A DNA stretch of 64,000 bases from a virus, in IMG/VR virus record IMGVR_UViG_3300012953_000015, positions 1 through 64,000 of that record; one strand, written 5' to 3'. Made by a program: the position numbers and the translations under genes. Of the stretch, positions 36,701 to 46,265 are shown piece after piece. Under the pieces are notes generated by a model that saw only the letters and a program-made list of their open reading frames with translations, searched no databases and had not been told where the DNA came from. Every line of letters begins with the position of its first letter. The first letter of the stretch is position 1.

Positions 36701-39700
36701 CCTTACTAATGTTTTGACTGATGCCGGTGCCCAGCGTACTACGCATTGGCAGAGTGAGTTTAACGAAACAACCGAAGGCAATAGCAACTTAGAGCTAGTT
36801 TTTCCTCATTGGAGTAGAGACGGTTTTGAAGCAATCAGGAATCCAAATAACATATTTGAAAGAATTTCTCTTTTAAGTAAGCCCGTGACCGAAAAACAAG
36901 TAGATCATCTTGAAATCCCAAACCATCGGGAGCATGCTTACGGAGGTCGAGCTACAGGGTTTATTAGAAGCATTCTAGCGCAATCTCCTGCTACTTTATT
37001 AGAATACTTAAGAACTCCTTACAATGGCAGCAAAAAGTTTTTGACTCACCCAGGTAGTGACTACAGCGAAAATGTTTTATATGATGCGTTTGGCCAAAAA
37101 AACGTTTACACGGAGGGCCGACGTAACTACTGGGCTGATCTAGATTCTCCAGTTTATGGTTATTTTAATGCAAATCAGTCTAGGCGTTTTAACAGTAAAA
37201 CTACCATGGTCTATCAGCCTATCAGATCACCCATGTTTGATCAGCTTGAAAAGGACTCGGCCGGTCGCAATCAGGTTTCCAATACTCGAAAGCGATATAC
37301 CCAGAATCAAAATGCAACTGGCACCGACCTTCCAAGGATCGCGGGAGATACCTCTCAACCTTCTGAGAAAAATTCAAGCGTAATATGGCTAAGGCACGAT
37401 CCTACTAAATTTGAAATATTTTATGCTAAAGCTAAAGCTTTGTGGCTTCAAAATAAACCCGGAATAGGCAATGACTATAAGCCAAACTCTGATTGGGCAG
37501 ATTTCGATCATTCTTTTTCCGACAACATGATGGAAATCCCGGTATTAGATGAAGTTTTCGTTAGGATCAACTCAATGGCTCCTCCAGAGCATGGCAAAAC
37601 AGGACGATTGCGAGTTGGTTATGATACTACAGATACGGAAGCTAAAGGAAATTGGGACAGAGGATATCGTTTTTATGATTATTATCTCGGTCAATCATCT
37701 TTTGACTTATTTCAGAATGGTTTTGCTTATGCCGCGCCATATAAATTAAAAGCTCCACATGCGTTTGCCCCGGATAGTAATGTTAGAGATCACTTATATC
37801 ACAGGAATCAAAAGCTAGGTTCGCTCAATTCACATTCACCAGAAGGAGATGCTTTTTTCCCCGCTCCTGTTAGGTTCGGAGGAAACAACACTTGGTGCGT
37901 TCATTTTCCGGATGACGGCGCTAGAAGCGTATACGGAGCACATTCGAAGCAAAGGTACTCTGAGTATTTCTCTCAACCGTTTCACTCTAGCTCGCCTAGA
38001 ACTGTTGCTGGGCATCAGCTAAATCTCAGACAAAACTTTATGTATGCTACTAACGGCGGAACTATCAAGTATCGGATTGGCGATAATGGCCAAGATACAA
38101 CAGAAATGTTAGATGTCAACTCTAACTCTGTTCATTTATCCCACGTAGGAAATAAAGTTAGGCCAATACTCGAAAGGGTGAACTACGTTGAAGCTCTTAA
38201 TCCAGTTAATGATTTTTATTCAGATTTTGATTCTGACGTAACTTTTGGAACACAAACAAATCTTTTTAGACATTCAGTTTTTCAATGGGATCAAAATAGC
38301 GGTGGTAAATACCACTTCAGGCCTGGGAGTAATTTGAATAAAAGGGTAGAAGACCACAGAATATTCCAGCATGTTCCATATAAAGATGTTAGAGTCACAG
38401 CAAGGGACGATGATAAAATTACACGTAGGTTTTTTGACTATTCTCCAATGAGGCAATTAGATTTGCAGCATGGTGATCCAACTGTAGTTTACGATCCTGT
38501 ATGGTATTACCCGGGTGATTTGTGGCACACTTCTTATTTCACATCGAAGCCCTTACCACGCGGTAAAATGTTGTTTAATGAAGATCGCTTTGTTCATTCT
38601 CCTTCTTATGCTTTTGCTAATAAATACGAATTTCTTGATTTTCTAGACTATGATAAAAATGCAAGAGTAAAAACTCCTGGTTTTGCAAAAAATTCAGTCT
38701 TTAGCTCTAATCCATTCGATTTTGGAAGAACGACCCATTTGTACTCAGCCGGGTTACAGACCAACAGTGTTGCTGAGCATAACCACGGGCAAGGTTTTAC
38801 CCAAGATACAGTTCCATTCAGTTACTACTCTTTAAATGCCGACGGCATGAATTCTGGTACGTTAATGGCAAACTTTTCAATGATAAGGCAATTAACTAAT
38901 AAATTTGAAACATTGATGGCAGCCGACTCTGTCAATCACGGCGAAACATTTGATCAAGCATTCGGTGCTGATCTTCCTAGAGAACTCCAATCACGTGCAA
39001 GAGCTCTATCGGGATACGAAGCAGATTTCATAATGCAGAAGCAAGATTACGGTAATCCTTCCCTAGATCCTAGGCAAGACCTCACAAACTACTGGAAAGA
39101 ATCTACAGACAAGCAGCTCTATAAATCAGAAGATCCTGAAGGAGTAAAATATAACGTTATGCAAAGGGCTTACTACATATCTAGTCAATTGCCGCTGACT
39201 CATGCTCGTTCTATTTTTATGACTTCTAACGACTCCGTCTCGGAAGAGAATCCATACGGTGAAGATGATGTAGACGTAGACTTTTTTAAATATCTTCCTC
39301 ATCATGCTGGATATACTACTCCACAAGAAAATGAAGCGCAAATAGCGTCCTTTCAAGAATCTAATAACGGTACATATTATGGTTACGAACCCATATCATA
39401 CTCTCCGTTTTCTTTAAAGGATTCTACTTGGGATTCTACTCAATCTGCTTCACCAGAATTTGCTCTTTTTAATAGATCTGAAAGCTTTGAAGAATTAATA
39501 GACTTTGGAAATGAAGGGACTAGTATAAATTTTCCCGAAACACAGTCGATCGACGGTTTACCATTCGACTACAATTTCTTGACAGATCGTGATGATCGTA
39601 TCTTTCAAGTAGTGAGATATCATAGAACAGAGAGAATTTACTTAGTATATCAAGGTGATCAAAGGGACCGGTTGTTTACTCATTGGACTAAATCCGAAGT

Positions 39701-42700
39701 TCCAGATACTTTTGATAAATTATCTCCTTTAGAAATTTCTACATTAAGGCCTTTAAGTGAACTGAAAGAGTACACTATTGATGTAAACTTAAAATTAAAT
39801 GCAGAGGCGTATTATGCTCTTCGGGAGGAGAATTATGGCGGTTCTAACCCAAACGATGACAGATTCATAAGCGCTGATAATTCGCACTTTGTGGCCGGAA
39901 AGCCACAAGACCATCACTCCGTTACTCGTACTTCTGATTATACAGGCACGGGTAATGCAAAGCATCTAACATTAAACCATGCTTTAGATAGAAACTTTAT
40001 TAGTAAAAGAACTCGTAATTCTAATTCTAAGTTTGGTTTTAATGATGTAATTTACAATAATTCAATACGCGACGGCGGTCATATTGCTATGTATAAAGGA
40101 TCTACTGACCAAACTGTATTGGATTCGGGAAATATCCGCCCAACCACCGTCTTAGGCAATCCTTGGAGAGAATCTGAGAGGGATATATCTAAGTGCTTTG
40201 ACGATGTTTTGTCACGCGAAAGTGGATCTGATGATGAAAACATAATTGAGGGAACAACTTTCAAAGTACCTCTCTTTTTTGAAGCTCCTATAGGAAAATA
40301 CTTAACAGAAATTTTCAAAAGAGAACCAGAACAAATACAAGAGAGTGATACAAGTCTCTATAGCAATTACCCGGAAAAGCCTTATCCATTTCACCCTTCT
40401 TCTGATAATTCCGGTATGTCACAGCCGGCAATCGGCCGAGATAATTTAACACACGTTAATTTTTCTTCTGATATCGATGCAAGAGTAAAAGCCGAAAAAT
40501 ATTATAAAGCTCTAGAAAATACTCATTATTGGTTACACGAAGCCCACACTGAAAATGCTAGAGTAAGAAGGAATCTTCCGCTCTTAGGACAAGTTAGATT
40601 TCACGAACATGAAGTTATGGGAATGTCTTACGCAAAATTTCATAGAGATATGGCAGAGAGAGTAAGAAATCATAACATCGTTAATGCAAGAAATGCAAGA
40701 GTTACTTTGACTGAAATGAAAACTAGGATCAATAGCTATCAGCACTATGCTCGGTACGTTGTCGCTCAAGATGGCATTCACGAAGGAGCTTTATATTTTC
40801 AACCTAGGTTTGCAAGAAACCCTAGAGATGCTAATATTAATAGCAATTCACCCCATTCTACAGATTTTCTCTTTTACCAAGACGCAAATAACGCATCAAT
40901 AGATTCGGCTGATACTTCTTCCGGTGGTCACCGCACCGATCGTATAAGCTCTATGCATTGGGTCGGTGGAGAATGGAGAACAGATTGGCAGAAGAAAGAA
41001 GCCACCTTTCTTTTTGAAGATCGTCACTCTCCCTACACCAACGATGGATATGACATACCATTAGCATCTTATCAAATAAATTATTCGCGAATGATAGCTA
41101 AAGGATGGGAAAGTTCTACTCCAGGCGATGTATTAAATTGGACTCAAGATTTCGGCGGCGGAGTAATATCATATGCCGGTGACAATTCAGTGACGCACCG
41201 TTTTCATGGTGTAACTCAAGCCCAAGTTAATTCTCCGAACACTAGAGCTCAAGCAAAAACTAGCTTTTATCCTTATAATATTCCTAGACATGCAGTAGGT
41301 CCATATTCTAAAAAATTTAAAGTTCCTAGTGGAAACGCTACTCCGGAACTCGGTGCTGATCAATTAGATCCCCGTGCACATGGGTATTTTAGACCAGCTA
41401 TTATTAAAGACAACGAAAACACTCTCGTAGCTCGGTACAACTACCTTATTGGTGGTCATTACCCTCACTTAGAAGAGCCTTTATATCCTCTTTTTGGATC
41501 ACAAGGAGACCCTTTATATACGGAAGAGTTTGCATATCATTCCTCCCAAGCCGCAATAGCCGGCAACCACGCGCAGCAATATGGGCAAGCATACTCATTT
41601 GACAAAATTCAAAGAGTTGTTGATGCTGGATCTGCTCGAACAGTACCCGGCCTTTCTGGAAGAGACTATAATGATGAGAGAACTGAGAGGATGATACTGA
41701 CTAGAACACCAATTATTAATTCTTGGTATGAAGAGTTTCCAGTGGTAGATATGACTTGTGCAATTAAAACTAAGACCATAACGAGGTTTCCAAACGTTTA
41801 CTACGATTTAGATTACACTGAAATAGCTAACAATTCCTCGGGTCTTCGCGGCGTCAATTATCTCGAAGAATCTTATCTTGAACCTAAGACAATCAGAAGT
41901 CAAGTTATTAAAGCTACTACTTCTCTTGAAAACAAATATGTAAAGATTTTGCTTTCTTATAAAAAATATATGCAAAAATTTCAAGCTTCTGAATACTATA
42001 TGTCAAAAGTTTATCAAAAAACTTTAAACAAAATACTTGAGCTTCATTCACTAACAGCGGAAAATTTTGAACTGCTTCCAGAACACCTAAAGGAATATGC
42101 TATTAGTCTTCCATTTTTCGTAAATAATGGATTTACTAAAATAACACCGCACGTGTTAAGTAATTTAGCAGCGCTTCATAATGTTGTTACTAATAATCTT
42201 GAATTAGAGCATAGTCATATAAAAATCAAAAAAACTAGTTTCTTTAAAAACGAAGGCGGTACACCAGGTTTAGCTCTCCCAATACCTGGACAAATGTCAA
42301 TTTTACCTAACGTTGATCATCCAAAATACTATAGTGCTGGTAATGAAAATTCTAATTATCATAGCCTTTATTCTTTTCTAGATCTTGAAAAACAGCTCTA
42401 TTCAGCCGGCTTTCTTAAGCCGAACTCTAGGGTTTGCTTTGTTGGCGTAAAATCGGGAGAATTATCTAGGATATTCGATGCAGCAAAGTTGTCTGGAGAT
42501 GGTGATAACCCCACAGAAACGACAGGACTGACTAATTACAGCAACCAACCTTTTGTTTCTGTTGAATTAGAAATGATTGATCCTTTTAGACCATGGTTTG
42601 TTTTTAAGAAAATTAAAAAATTTATTCCTCTAGCTTATGTTACTCAAATAAAAACTGGAGAGTTAAGCAATTCTTTAGAAAACAATCCTGAGACAATTCG

Positions 42701-43997
42701 AAATATGCTGAAAGCTATTAAATTAACAAATTTCCCAGACAGGACTAACAACAACGAAGAAGAATTTGATTTTGGTTTCATGATGCGCGATGGTGGTAGT
42801 TTAAATTTTTCTGATGCTTCTTTAATGAACCCATCTGACCCGGATGGAAATCCAGCTGGTAGAATTAATCATATGGATGCTCAGACTTTTCTTGATGATT
42901 TGTCTTTACTTGGTTTAGAGTCTAATGATTTATCCGGTGGCTTACTAGTGAATGTTTTCACAAAAATGTACGCGCGTCAAGTTCTAGGTCTTGAATTCAA
43001 TCACACGATGGTACCAAAAATAGATATAAGACAATTTCTACCTCCGCAAGATGATCCAAAAAATGTAAGTGATCCAACGCTAGGAGAGAAAAATTATAGT
43101 CAAAATATTAAATACAACACCGAGTACATTCTCCGATGCTTAAGCCCCGTGCCCGGAGGTTCGGACGGTAGAGCAGCTGATCGTCGCGTTAGAAGAAAAT
43201 TCCTAAAGTACTTTTTTGATAGACATGAATTAGAAGGAGTTACAACATCCGATGGATATCCTCACTATACTGAGTTTGATCCTCAAACGTCTAGATATGA
43301 AGTTTTAGAAACTGATGATGGACAATTTAGCATTTTTAATAATGATTTGACCAATCTTACTTTAGAAGAATTAAGACTTTTCAACAGTGTTTACTCTAAT
43401 ATGATGAGTGAAAATAATGACTTTTTAAATCAAACGTACTCGACGTCTACTGCAATTGATGATGTTAAAAAAGCACATTTTGGAAATTATTTGAGAATTC
43501 GGTCAAGAGGGATTTTTGATTCAAGAAAAATACTCAGACCTTTTAGTTTTAAAGAACCAATAAATTCAGTCTCTTTGAGAGCAGCAGAAATACTTTCTAA
43601 CTTAAATCAAACTTATAGTAGTCCTACTGACTATTTAGAAGAATATAGCCATGGCTTTAAGTTTGATTTTATTTTTGGCATTAGTTATCGATTAGAAGAT
43701 TTTGAAATTGTCTCTGTTAGAAGTAAGCTAGACGGTATGGATTTCCAATCTTATTCCCCAGATGACCGGAGAATACAAAATCTAATAGAAGATGCAGCAC
43801 AAGCGGGTGGTATAAAACAACTAAATAACGACGAAAGGATGCTCGTCTCAACTCTAGTTCCATATTTAATTGTTGAAGAACCTGAGCCTCCCGTGGTTCA
43901 GGGAGACAGAGTAAAACTGAAACCTAGCCCAAATATGGTTAACCCTCTTACCATGCGAGTGAGAATTGTGAAGACCACCACTGGCGATATAGGATAG
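30726..43997 (+). CDS. Giant hypothetical protein (4423 aa), probably virion-associated
   Basis: Uninterrupted 13.3-kb ORF, TAATG-coupled to the upstream gene. I recognised no catalytic motif or tandem repeat. Confidence 0.6.
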   Translation: MSIPENFFSFPSLDETPMSRRAQDLAVDRNFVNSPPERSLTNGENLVGNMQTRFGTSSDFTDVRTQSPAARNNTELVHSNGLVNRLISPRRSAKFLPKQVGHLFPFIYNLDDPDARITTSIPFGDFSFLLTFEEFSREEAQILADFNYVPLNEGIEDVVDDPEFSSIRFLESDSAFEWKKNCEASIWRKWVSTCIIMESSLPDEDINGGPTQGQRIFESFRIISAAEQAQRKDLQDSDIYRANLLSSGVSHEVFSQPSSEHTGKSMFHALKSMQAPTSKEELSGMLFSLYSNYVPAEMARNAIKFVIEAYSNIFLADEIFIKNASAHPISNDPKKRKLYELGEENIFKSFLTKIPTVQGLRNSGLTNNDDLLIESDREDPRRARAILEELVFNCPQTDRTPASLSYKLPIQGTYIKPIAIQKGYSDNGQDPLTEIEYHHLASIFDPGKVTTRLVEPTTSSLFLKNSLFLFRHIWSYIKDFTYEQITYQQENVQNSLNNVGSIVAFGFLEHRRGGDGFPESDLIRADMQGSNYARALKIRKILFNARAQSLFRDAPIVNSASSYSFESMISENPSDADDIQDAFLPQIKVTVGENPENTRNVIYCPYLVDDVKFVTNSGQEVRVVTARDLLKIKKRIGDILLSTSPDTEARTRNQENIVKDVHASDSAFTISIIDSFLRRLVPLERDFDPKGEPGSPMPIRQARANPTYSHGRLAKLNVLLTPENIVAHIGKRKLGKYLFDLSLNYEYYTTNHNRVSNYAPTANQGFAVKVYDSSSPGAATSAAGLRQIIEEDFRVGHGDGDPAIFTYLEQSEARLQANNGRYNSSGFNMLSETAGSINVAAGGDIPKEMLSLLNCSVLRTRFPGVSKAKIKFARKFYILLSTLGQIAGDFANMDRDGETNVRLPYFMAQKRKVKAQTSSNSEAFENVNQVNFGSNADLADLIFHDFIQRCNKLTGIDRVAYLQVLGDDAPGIPESLAALFRQNSIMSVAAPQNHDWKFSNLPVQEYLLIIEYVSSILVDDYLRSIIQQSFVIEQEMSQIPRNLNEIERVYRDTLAQAMTYILDGQVESLDNAGPETQANILSKLEKYFSNVSGGSINYFNVVKDYLFGAPQSSYRSATESNMEATETLNLRNFNGDVETRSLASSVYGIGAGGLLSGTGFAGVLIDPDNASRVNEDVHRELKTHILKLDRETNILVLFSEFICGQLFYGIDHPLGTTDNYDLFHSFSDYEPNSLGILNMLFNPTNDDLADEYENPAMDRSDTGEFVSSFLENPSHLPHKHLTEVILEYIEICDSIIETLPRVNFELKNTINDYHLGQHDDRDVRYATGNGEYGIDSAGANYTNEFGPNQNDLDLAIHAEQNALLTNPTQFGALSTIDQGSAFFDAGNNQERLEEHANAFNNYLQRANDYFRAASKVLSVQPTFRLSIVRNRAVGHDDSFSKINALGFLPHISIQTEYTQQLAREICEKFQTANSDYSAASDASRDVHQRPFIIGNSFYDRIGLEPAFDDHISPSPNNDSRNSAAGSLHHLSIPHGISLDEFVKTMYHDMENVLREAGNNARADRLNNNVFPAFDGRRITNIIPFYKNRVSTYKQAGIAAEAEYDEVSTFYGYPVNAFKKRDRQQVELGNGLRESTSGHGHASKSTLVTNDVQGLESARLRIQERDYDEGNLNHDKRFYDIDRITRRLINPNPRRRDFEPTAINQDFADFIAREIYLNDIAVIPPSWYAELHKKFPPIQEMELKKDLFLSIGGDGTANINPQLAVPNEGEILNSLGLSKDIKGIVTQGTEDTGLSTSSTYIEVKYRVRKIKYKFHRAHGAAPFFNTDKIGQSTHFVTFNPEPNRVRASTIGFMPDRFGPQVGPTSPVNGAYQLVEEEGSTTLQHYVSSRSKRAYWMPLYEKMGKNFAGEGLTQPNPPYVGFSKLRDLKINSIQVSNLKVRSKNFAYQMSKMSNLFQYMEKYQPTSTNQHSVGMKAFDNMFYDALTGGGRFHSTLTNVLTDAGAQRTTHWQSEFNETTEGNSNLELVFPHWSRDGFEAIRNPNNIFERISLLSKPVTEKQVDHLEIPNHREHAYGGRATGFIRSILAQSPATLLEYLRTPYNGSKKFLTHPGSDYSENVLYDAFGQKNVYTEGRRNYWADLDSPVYGYFNANQSRRFNSKTTMVYQPIRSPMFDQLEKDSAGRNQVSNTRKRYTQNQNATGTDLPRIAGDTSQPSEKNSSVIWLRHDPTKFEIFYAKAKALWLQNKPGIGNDYKPNSDWADFDHSFSDNMMEIPVLDEVFVRINSMAPPEHGKTGRLRVGYDTTDTEAKGNWDRGYRFYDYYLGQSSFDLFQNGFAYAAPYKLKAPHAFAPDSNVRDHLYHRNQKLGSLNSHSPEGDAFFPAPVRFGGNNTWCVHFPDDGARSVYGAHSKQRYSEYFSQPFHSSSPRTVAGHQLNLRQNFMYATNGGTIKYRIGDNGQDTTEMLDVNSNSVHLSHVGNKVRPILERVNYVEALNPVNDFYSDFDSDVTFGTQTNLFRHSVFQWDQNSGGKYHFRPGSNLNKRVEDHRIFQHVPYKDVRVTARDDDKITRRFFDYSPMRQLDLQHGDPTVVYDPVWYYPGDLWHTSYFTSKPLPRGKMLFNEDRFVHSPSYAFANKYEFLDFLDYDKNARVKTPGFAKNSVFSSNPFDFGRTTHLYSAGLQTNSVAEHNHGQGFTQDTVPFSYYSLNADGMNSGTLMANFSMIRQLTNKFETLMAADSVNHGETFDQAFGADLPRELQSRARALSGYEADFIMQKQDYGNPSLDPRQDLTNYWKESTDKQLYKSEDPEGVKYNVMQRAYYISSQLPLTHARSIFMTSNDSVSEENPYGEDDVDVDFFKYLPHHAGYTTPQENEAQIASFQESNNGTYYGYEPISYSPFSLKDSTWDSTQSASPEFALFNRSESFEELIDFGNEGTSINFPETQSIDGLPFDYNFLTDRDDRIFQVVRYHRTERIYLVYQGDQRDRLFTHWTKSEVPDTFDKLSPLEISTLRPLSELKEYTIDVNLKLNAEAYYALREENYGGSNPNDDRFISADNSHFVAGKPQDHHSVTRTSDYTGTGNAKHLTLNHALDRNFISKRTRNSNSKFGFNDVIYNNSIRDGGHIAMYKGSTDQTVLDSGNIRPTTVLGNPWRESERDISKCFDDVLSRESGSDDENIIEGTTFKVPLFFEAPIGKYLTEIFKREPEQIQESDTSLYSNYPEKPYPFHPSSDNSGMSQPAIGRDNLTHVNFSSDIDARVKAEKYYKALENTHYWLHEAHTENARVRRNLPLLGQVRFHEHEVMGMSYAKFHRDMAERVRNHNIVNARNARVTLTEMKTRINSYQHYARYVVAQDGIHEGALYFQPRFARNPRDANINSNSPHSTDFLFYQDANNASIDSADTSSGGHRTDRISSMHWVGGEWRTDWQKKEATFLFEDRHSPYTNDGYDIPLASYQINYSRMIAKGWESSTPGDVLNWTQDFGGGVISYAGDNSVTHRFHGVTQAQVNSPNTRAQAKTSFYPYNIPRHAVGPYSKKFKVPSGNATPELGADQLDPRAHGYFRPAIIKDNENTLVARYNYLIGGHYPHLEEPLYPLFGSQGDPLYTEEFAYHSSQAAIAGNHAQQYGQAYSFDKIQRVVDAGSARTVPGLSGRDYNDERTERMILTRTPIINSWYEEFPVVDMTCAIKTKTITRFPNVYYDLDYTEIANNSSGLRGVNYLEESYLEPKTIRSQVIKATTSLENKYVKILLSYKKYMQKFQASEYYMSKVYQKTLNKILELHSLTAENFELLPEHLKEYAISLPFFVNNGFTKITPHVLSNLAALHNVVTNNLELEHSHIKIKKTSFFKNEGGTPGLALPIPGQMSILPNVDHPKYYSAGNENSNYHSLYSFLDLEKQLYSAGFLKPNSRVCFVGVKSGELSRIFDAAKLSGDGDNPTETTGLTNYSNQPFVSVELEMIDPFRPWFVFKKIKKFIPLAYVTQIKTGELSNSLENNPETIRNMLKAIKLTNFPDRTNNNEEEFDFGFMMRDGGSLNFSDASLMNPSDPDGNPAGRINHMDAQTFLDDLSLLGLESNDLSGGLLVNVFTKMYARQVLGLEFNHTMVPKIDIRQFLPPQDDPKNVSDPTLGEKNYSQNIKYNTEYILRCLSPVPGGSDGRAADRRVRRKFLKYFFDRHELEGVTTSDGYPHYTEFDPQTSRYEVLETDDGQFSIFNNDLTNLTLEELRLFNSVYSNMMSENNDFLNQTYSTSTAIDDVKKAHFGNYLRIRSRGIFDSRKILRPFSFKEPINSVSLRAAEILSNLNQTYSSPTDYLEEYSHGFKFDFIFGISYRLEDFEIVSVRSKLDGMDFQSYSPDDRRIQNLIEDAAQAGGIKQLNNDERMLVSTLVPYLIVEEPEPPVVQGDRVKLKPSPNMVNPLTMRVRIVKTTTGDIG

Positions 43998-44011
43998 AGA
44001 GAACGATTTCA

Positions 44012-46213
44012 ATGGATGAAAATCAAAGAGAGATTATCAAAAGAAGAACTAATGATGGGAAAAGTTCTGCTCCTTCTCGAGGGGTAGTAGTTCTTAATGT
44101 TTCTCCTCCTAAGTTTAATACTTTTAAAAAAAATCCTTCCGATGAAGCTACGATCAATAATTTGACTTATAACAACATATACGTTTACAATTTTTACACT
44201 ATGAACGAAAGAAATAAATACAGTTATAAGAATAGCGAATTTGATTTTACTGAAGTAAGAGGAATAGACGGTAAAAAAGTACAAAAGAATGATAATAATA
44301 CTTTGAGAAAAGTTTCCGGTTTTATACCATCTTTCATAAGGCTTTCTTGGGACAATTCTCATTCTTGGTCGCCAGCTAGCGTTGCTAGCCATCACCAAAT
44401 TGAACAATTTAAAAAACTAGTAGGGATTAAAAATTACCCAACACATGATTCAGATATAAATGAATTTAATAGGTTCCCTATAAGAGGACCTCAACCTGAA
44501 AGAGGGGGAGTTACTTTCGAGACTCACCAGCGTGACTATGTAGCGGTTACTAATGAGTATCTAGACATGTTCTCTGATTTGACTATACTCGCTCCACCGG
44601 CTACTAACCCTTGGTTCGCAGAAGAAATTGATGCGTTTCAGTCTATTTCTAGGTTAACGTTTCTGCAAAATGAAGTTATAGGCGGGGGCAACGACCCATA
44701 TAAAAACTTTTTGAATGTCTACGGGCAAAGCGGGCAGCAATTTCTTGACCCTCATCAAAGACTTATCCCTCAAACGCAAATTTCAGAATCAATACCAACA
44801 GTACAAGATTCTGCCATGCTAGAAGATTTACAATATCCTTTCGAGAATCGTACTCCAGATATTACATTAATATTAAATTCAGAAGCCGCTGCAGAAATCT
44901 CTAGGTCATCTTTAAAAAGCTGTGGGAATATTCTTTCTACGCAATCACAGATTAGAAATCTTAGACATTTAATAGAGCATAATGTTAATCAAATAGAGAA
45001 TCAAGCAGGGTATCAGACGCCTCTTGATAAGATTTTAAGCGAATCTACGTATTATAGCGAAACTATATTAGAGCCAAGTGCTCCGAAATATATTTCTGAT
45101 TTTAGAATTGTAGGTTTCGTGATCGAAAAGAGAGAAAAATCTAAATCTCCTTCCGGCGAATTAGGAGCTCCAAATTTAAAAATTAAAGAAAAGTATCCTT
45201 TAATATTTGTTCCTTGTTCTAGAAATCCGGATGAATCTGATCCTTTTATGCCTAATACTTACTTAGACACAGCTTTGAATTACGGTTCTGTGTATTCTTA
45301 TAACATTAGAAGCGTTTTTACCTTTAGTCTAAAGGTTCAATCTGGAAACGAAACAAGGGTAAGACATTATTTAGTTAACTCTGGTTATTCTAGAACTATA
45401 GAAATAGATTGCCTAGAGACAACTCCTCCTCCACCACCTAGAGATTTTGATATATTTTTTGATTACACTCTCAAGAATCAAAGATCTCCAGGCAAGCCTA
45501 GATTAACTTGGTCATTTCCTGTAAACCCGCAGAGGGATACCGCAGGCTTTGCAATTTTTCGTAGAGGAAATATTTATGAACCTTTTAATTTAATAAAAAT
45601 TATAGATTTTAATTTCTCTAACCCTAGTAGAAGAGGAAACGATTATAAGTTTGAAATAAGAGGTTCCGACAAAAATAGCATAATTAAATTCTGTGGTCAA
45701 AATGATACCTTTACTGACTTTGTAGATGAAGGTTTTAAGAACAACCAAAATTACATGTATACTATATGTTCTATAGATGCCCATGGGCAAATATCTAATT
45801 ACGGAACTCAAATTTTGGTAAATTACGATTATAAAAGCGATACCCTTAAAAAAGAGCAAGTTTCTCCTCCTGGATCACCTTTGATTTTTCCTAATTGGTT
45901 TTTAAAAACTAAAGCTTTTCCTGACGTAGCGAGGATCAGTAATTACAGGAGAGCTAATTTAAAGTTTAGGCCAGATTATAAAGAGATTAAAGTCGGGCCT
46001 AATAATGTAAACCAAAAAATTGTAAATGGAATTGACCCCGATGATGGCGGTCATGCGGATAACGCGTATTATCTGCAAATAATAAACCCGGATAGATCTA
46101 ATGATATAGTACTAAAATATCAAATAAACGACATCTTAGAAAAAATGATATCATCTGAAGAATTACAGGAAGTAGCTGATCACCTTGGGGTTTCGTTAGA
46201 AGATTTAGGATAA
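44012..46213 (+). CDS. Virion structural protein with fibronectin type III-like domains (733 aa)
   Basis: PPPPPRDF...RLTWSFP...GFAIFRR...FVD...NYMYTICSIDAHGQIS is an FN3-like pattern, preceded by a YLDTALNYGSVYSYNIRSV unit. Confidence 0.6.
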   Translation: MDENQREIIKRRTNDGKSSAPSRGVVVLNVSPPKFNTFKKNPSDEATINNLTYNNIYVYNFYTMNERNKYSYKNSEFDFTEVRGIDGKKVQKNDNNTLRKVSGFIPSFIRLSWDNSHSWSPASVASHHQIEQFKKLVGIKNYPTHDSDINEFNRFPIRGPQPERGGVTFETHQRDYVAVTNEYLDMFSDLTILAPPATNPWFAEEIDAFQSISRLTFLQNEVIGGGNDPYKNFLNVYGQSGQQFLDPHQRLIPQTQISESIPTVQDSAMLEDLQYPFENRTPDITLILNSEAAAEISRSSLKSCGNILSTQSQIRNLRHLIEHNVNQIENQAGYQTPLDKILSESTYYSETILEPSAPKYISDFRIVGFVIEKREKSKSPSGELGAPNLKIKEKYPLIFVPCSRNPDESDPFMPNTYLDTALNYGSVYSYNIRSVFTFSLKVQSGNETRVRHYLVNSGYSRTIEIDCLETTPPPPPRDFDIFFDYTLKNQRSPGKPRLTWSFPVNPQRDTAGFAIFRRGNIYEPFNLIKIIDFNFSNPSRRGNDYKFEIRGSDKNSIIKFCGQNDTFTDFVDEGFKNNQNYMYTICSIDAHGQISNYGTQILVNYDYKSDTLKKEQVSPPGSPLIFPNWFLKTKAFPDVARISNYRRANLKFRPDYKEIKVGPNNVNQKIVNGIDPDDGGHADNAYYLQIINPDRSNDIVLKYQINDILEKMISSEELQEVADHLGVSLEDLG

Positions 46214-46265
46214 ATTTTACCGTTTTTTACCGTGGTATATAATTAGAAGTAGTTTTGGAGTAGTT

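Noticed and set aside
30726-43997. Tape measure or virion RNA polymerase call for the 4423-aa ORF
   Set aside because: I saw no Ala/Gly-rich periodic helical repeats and no polymerase motif such as DxDGD, so it is left as hypothetical.
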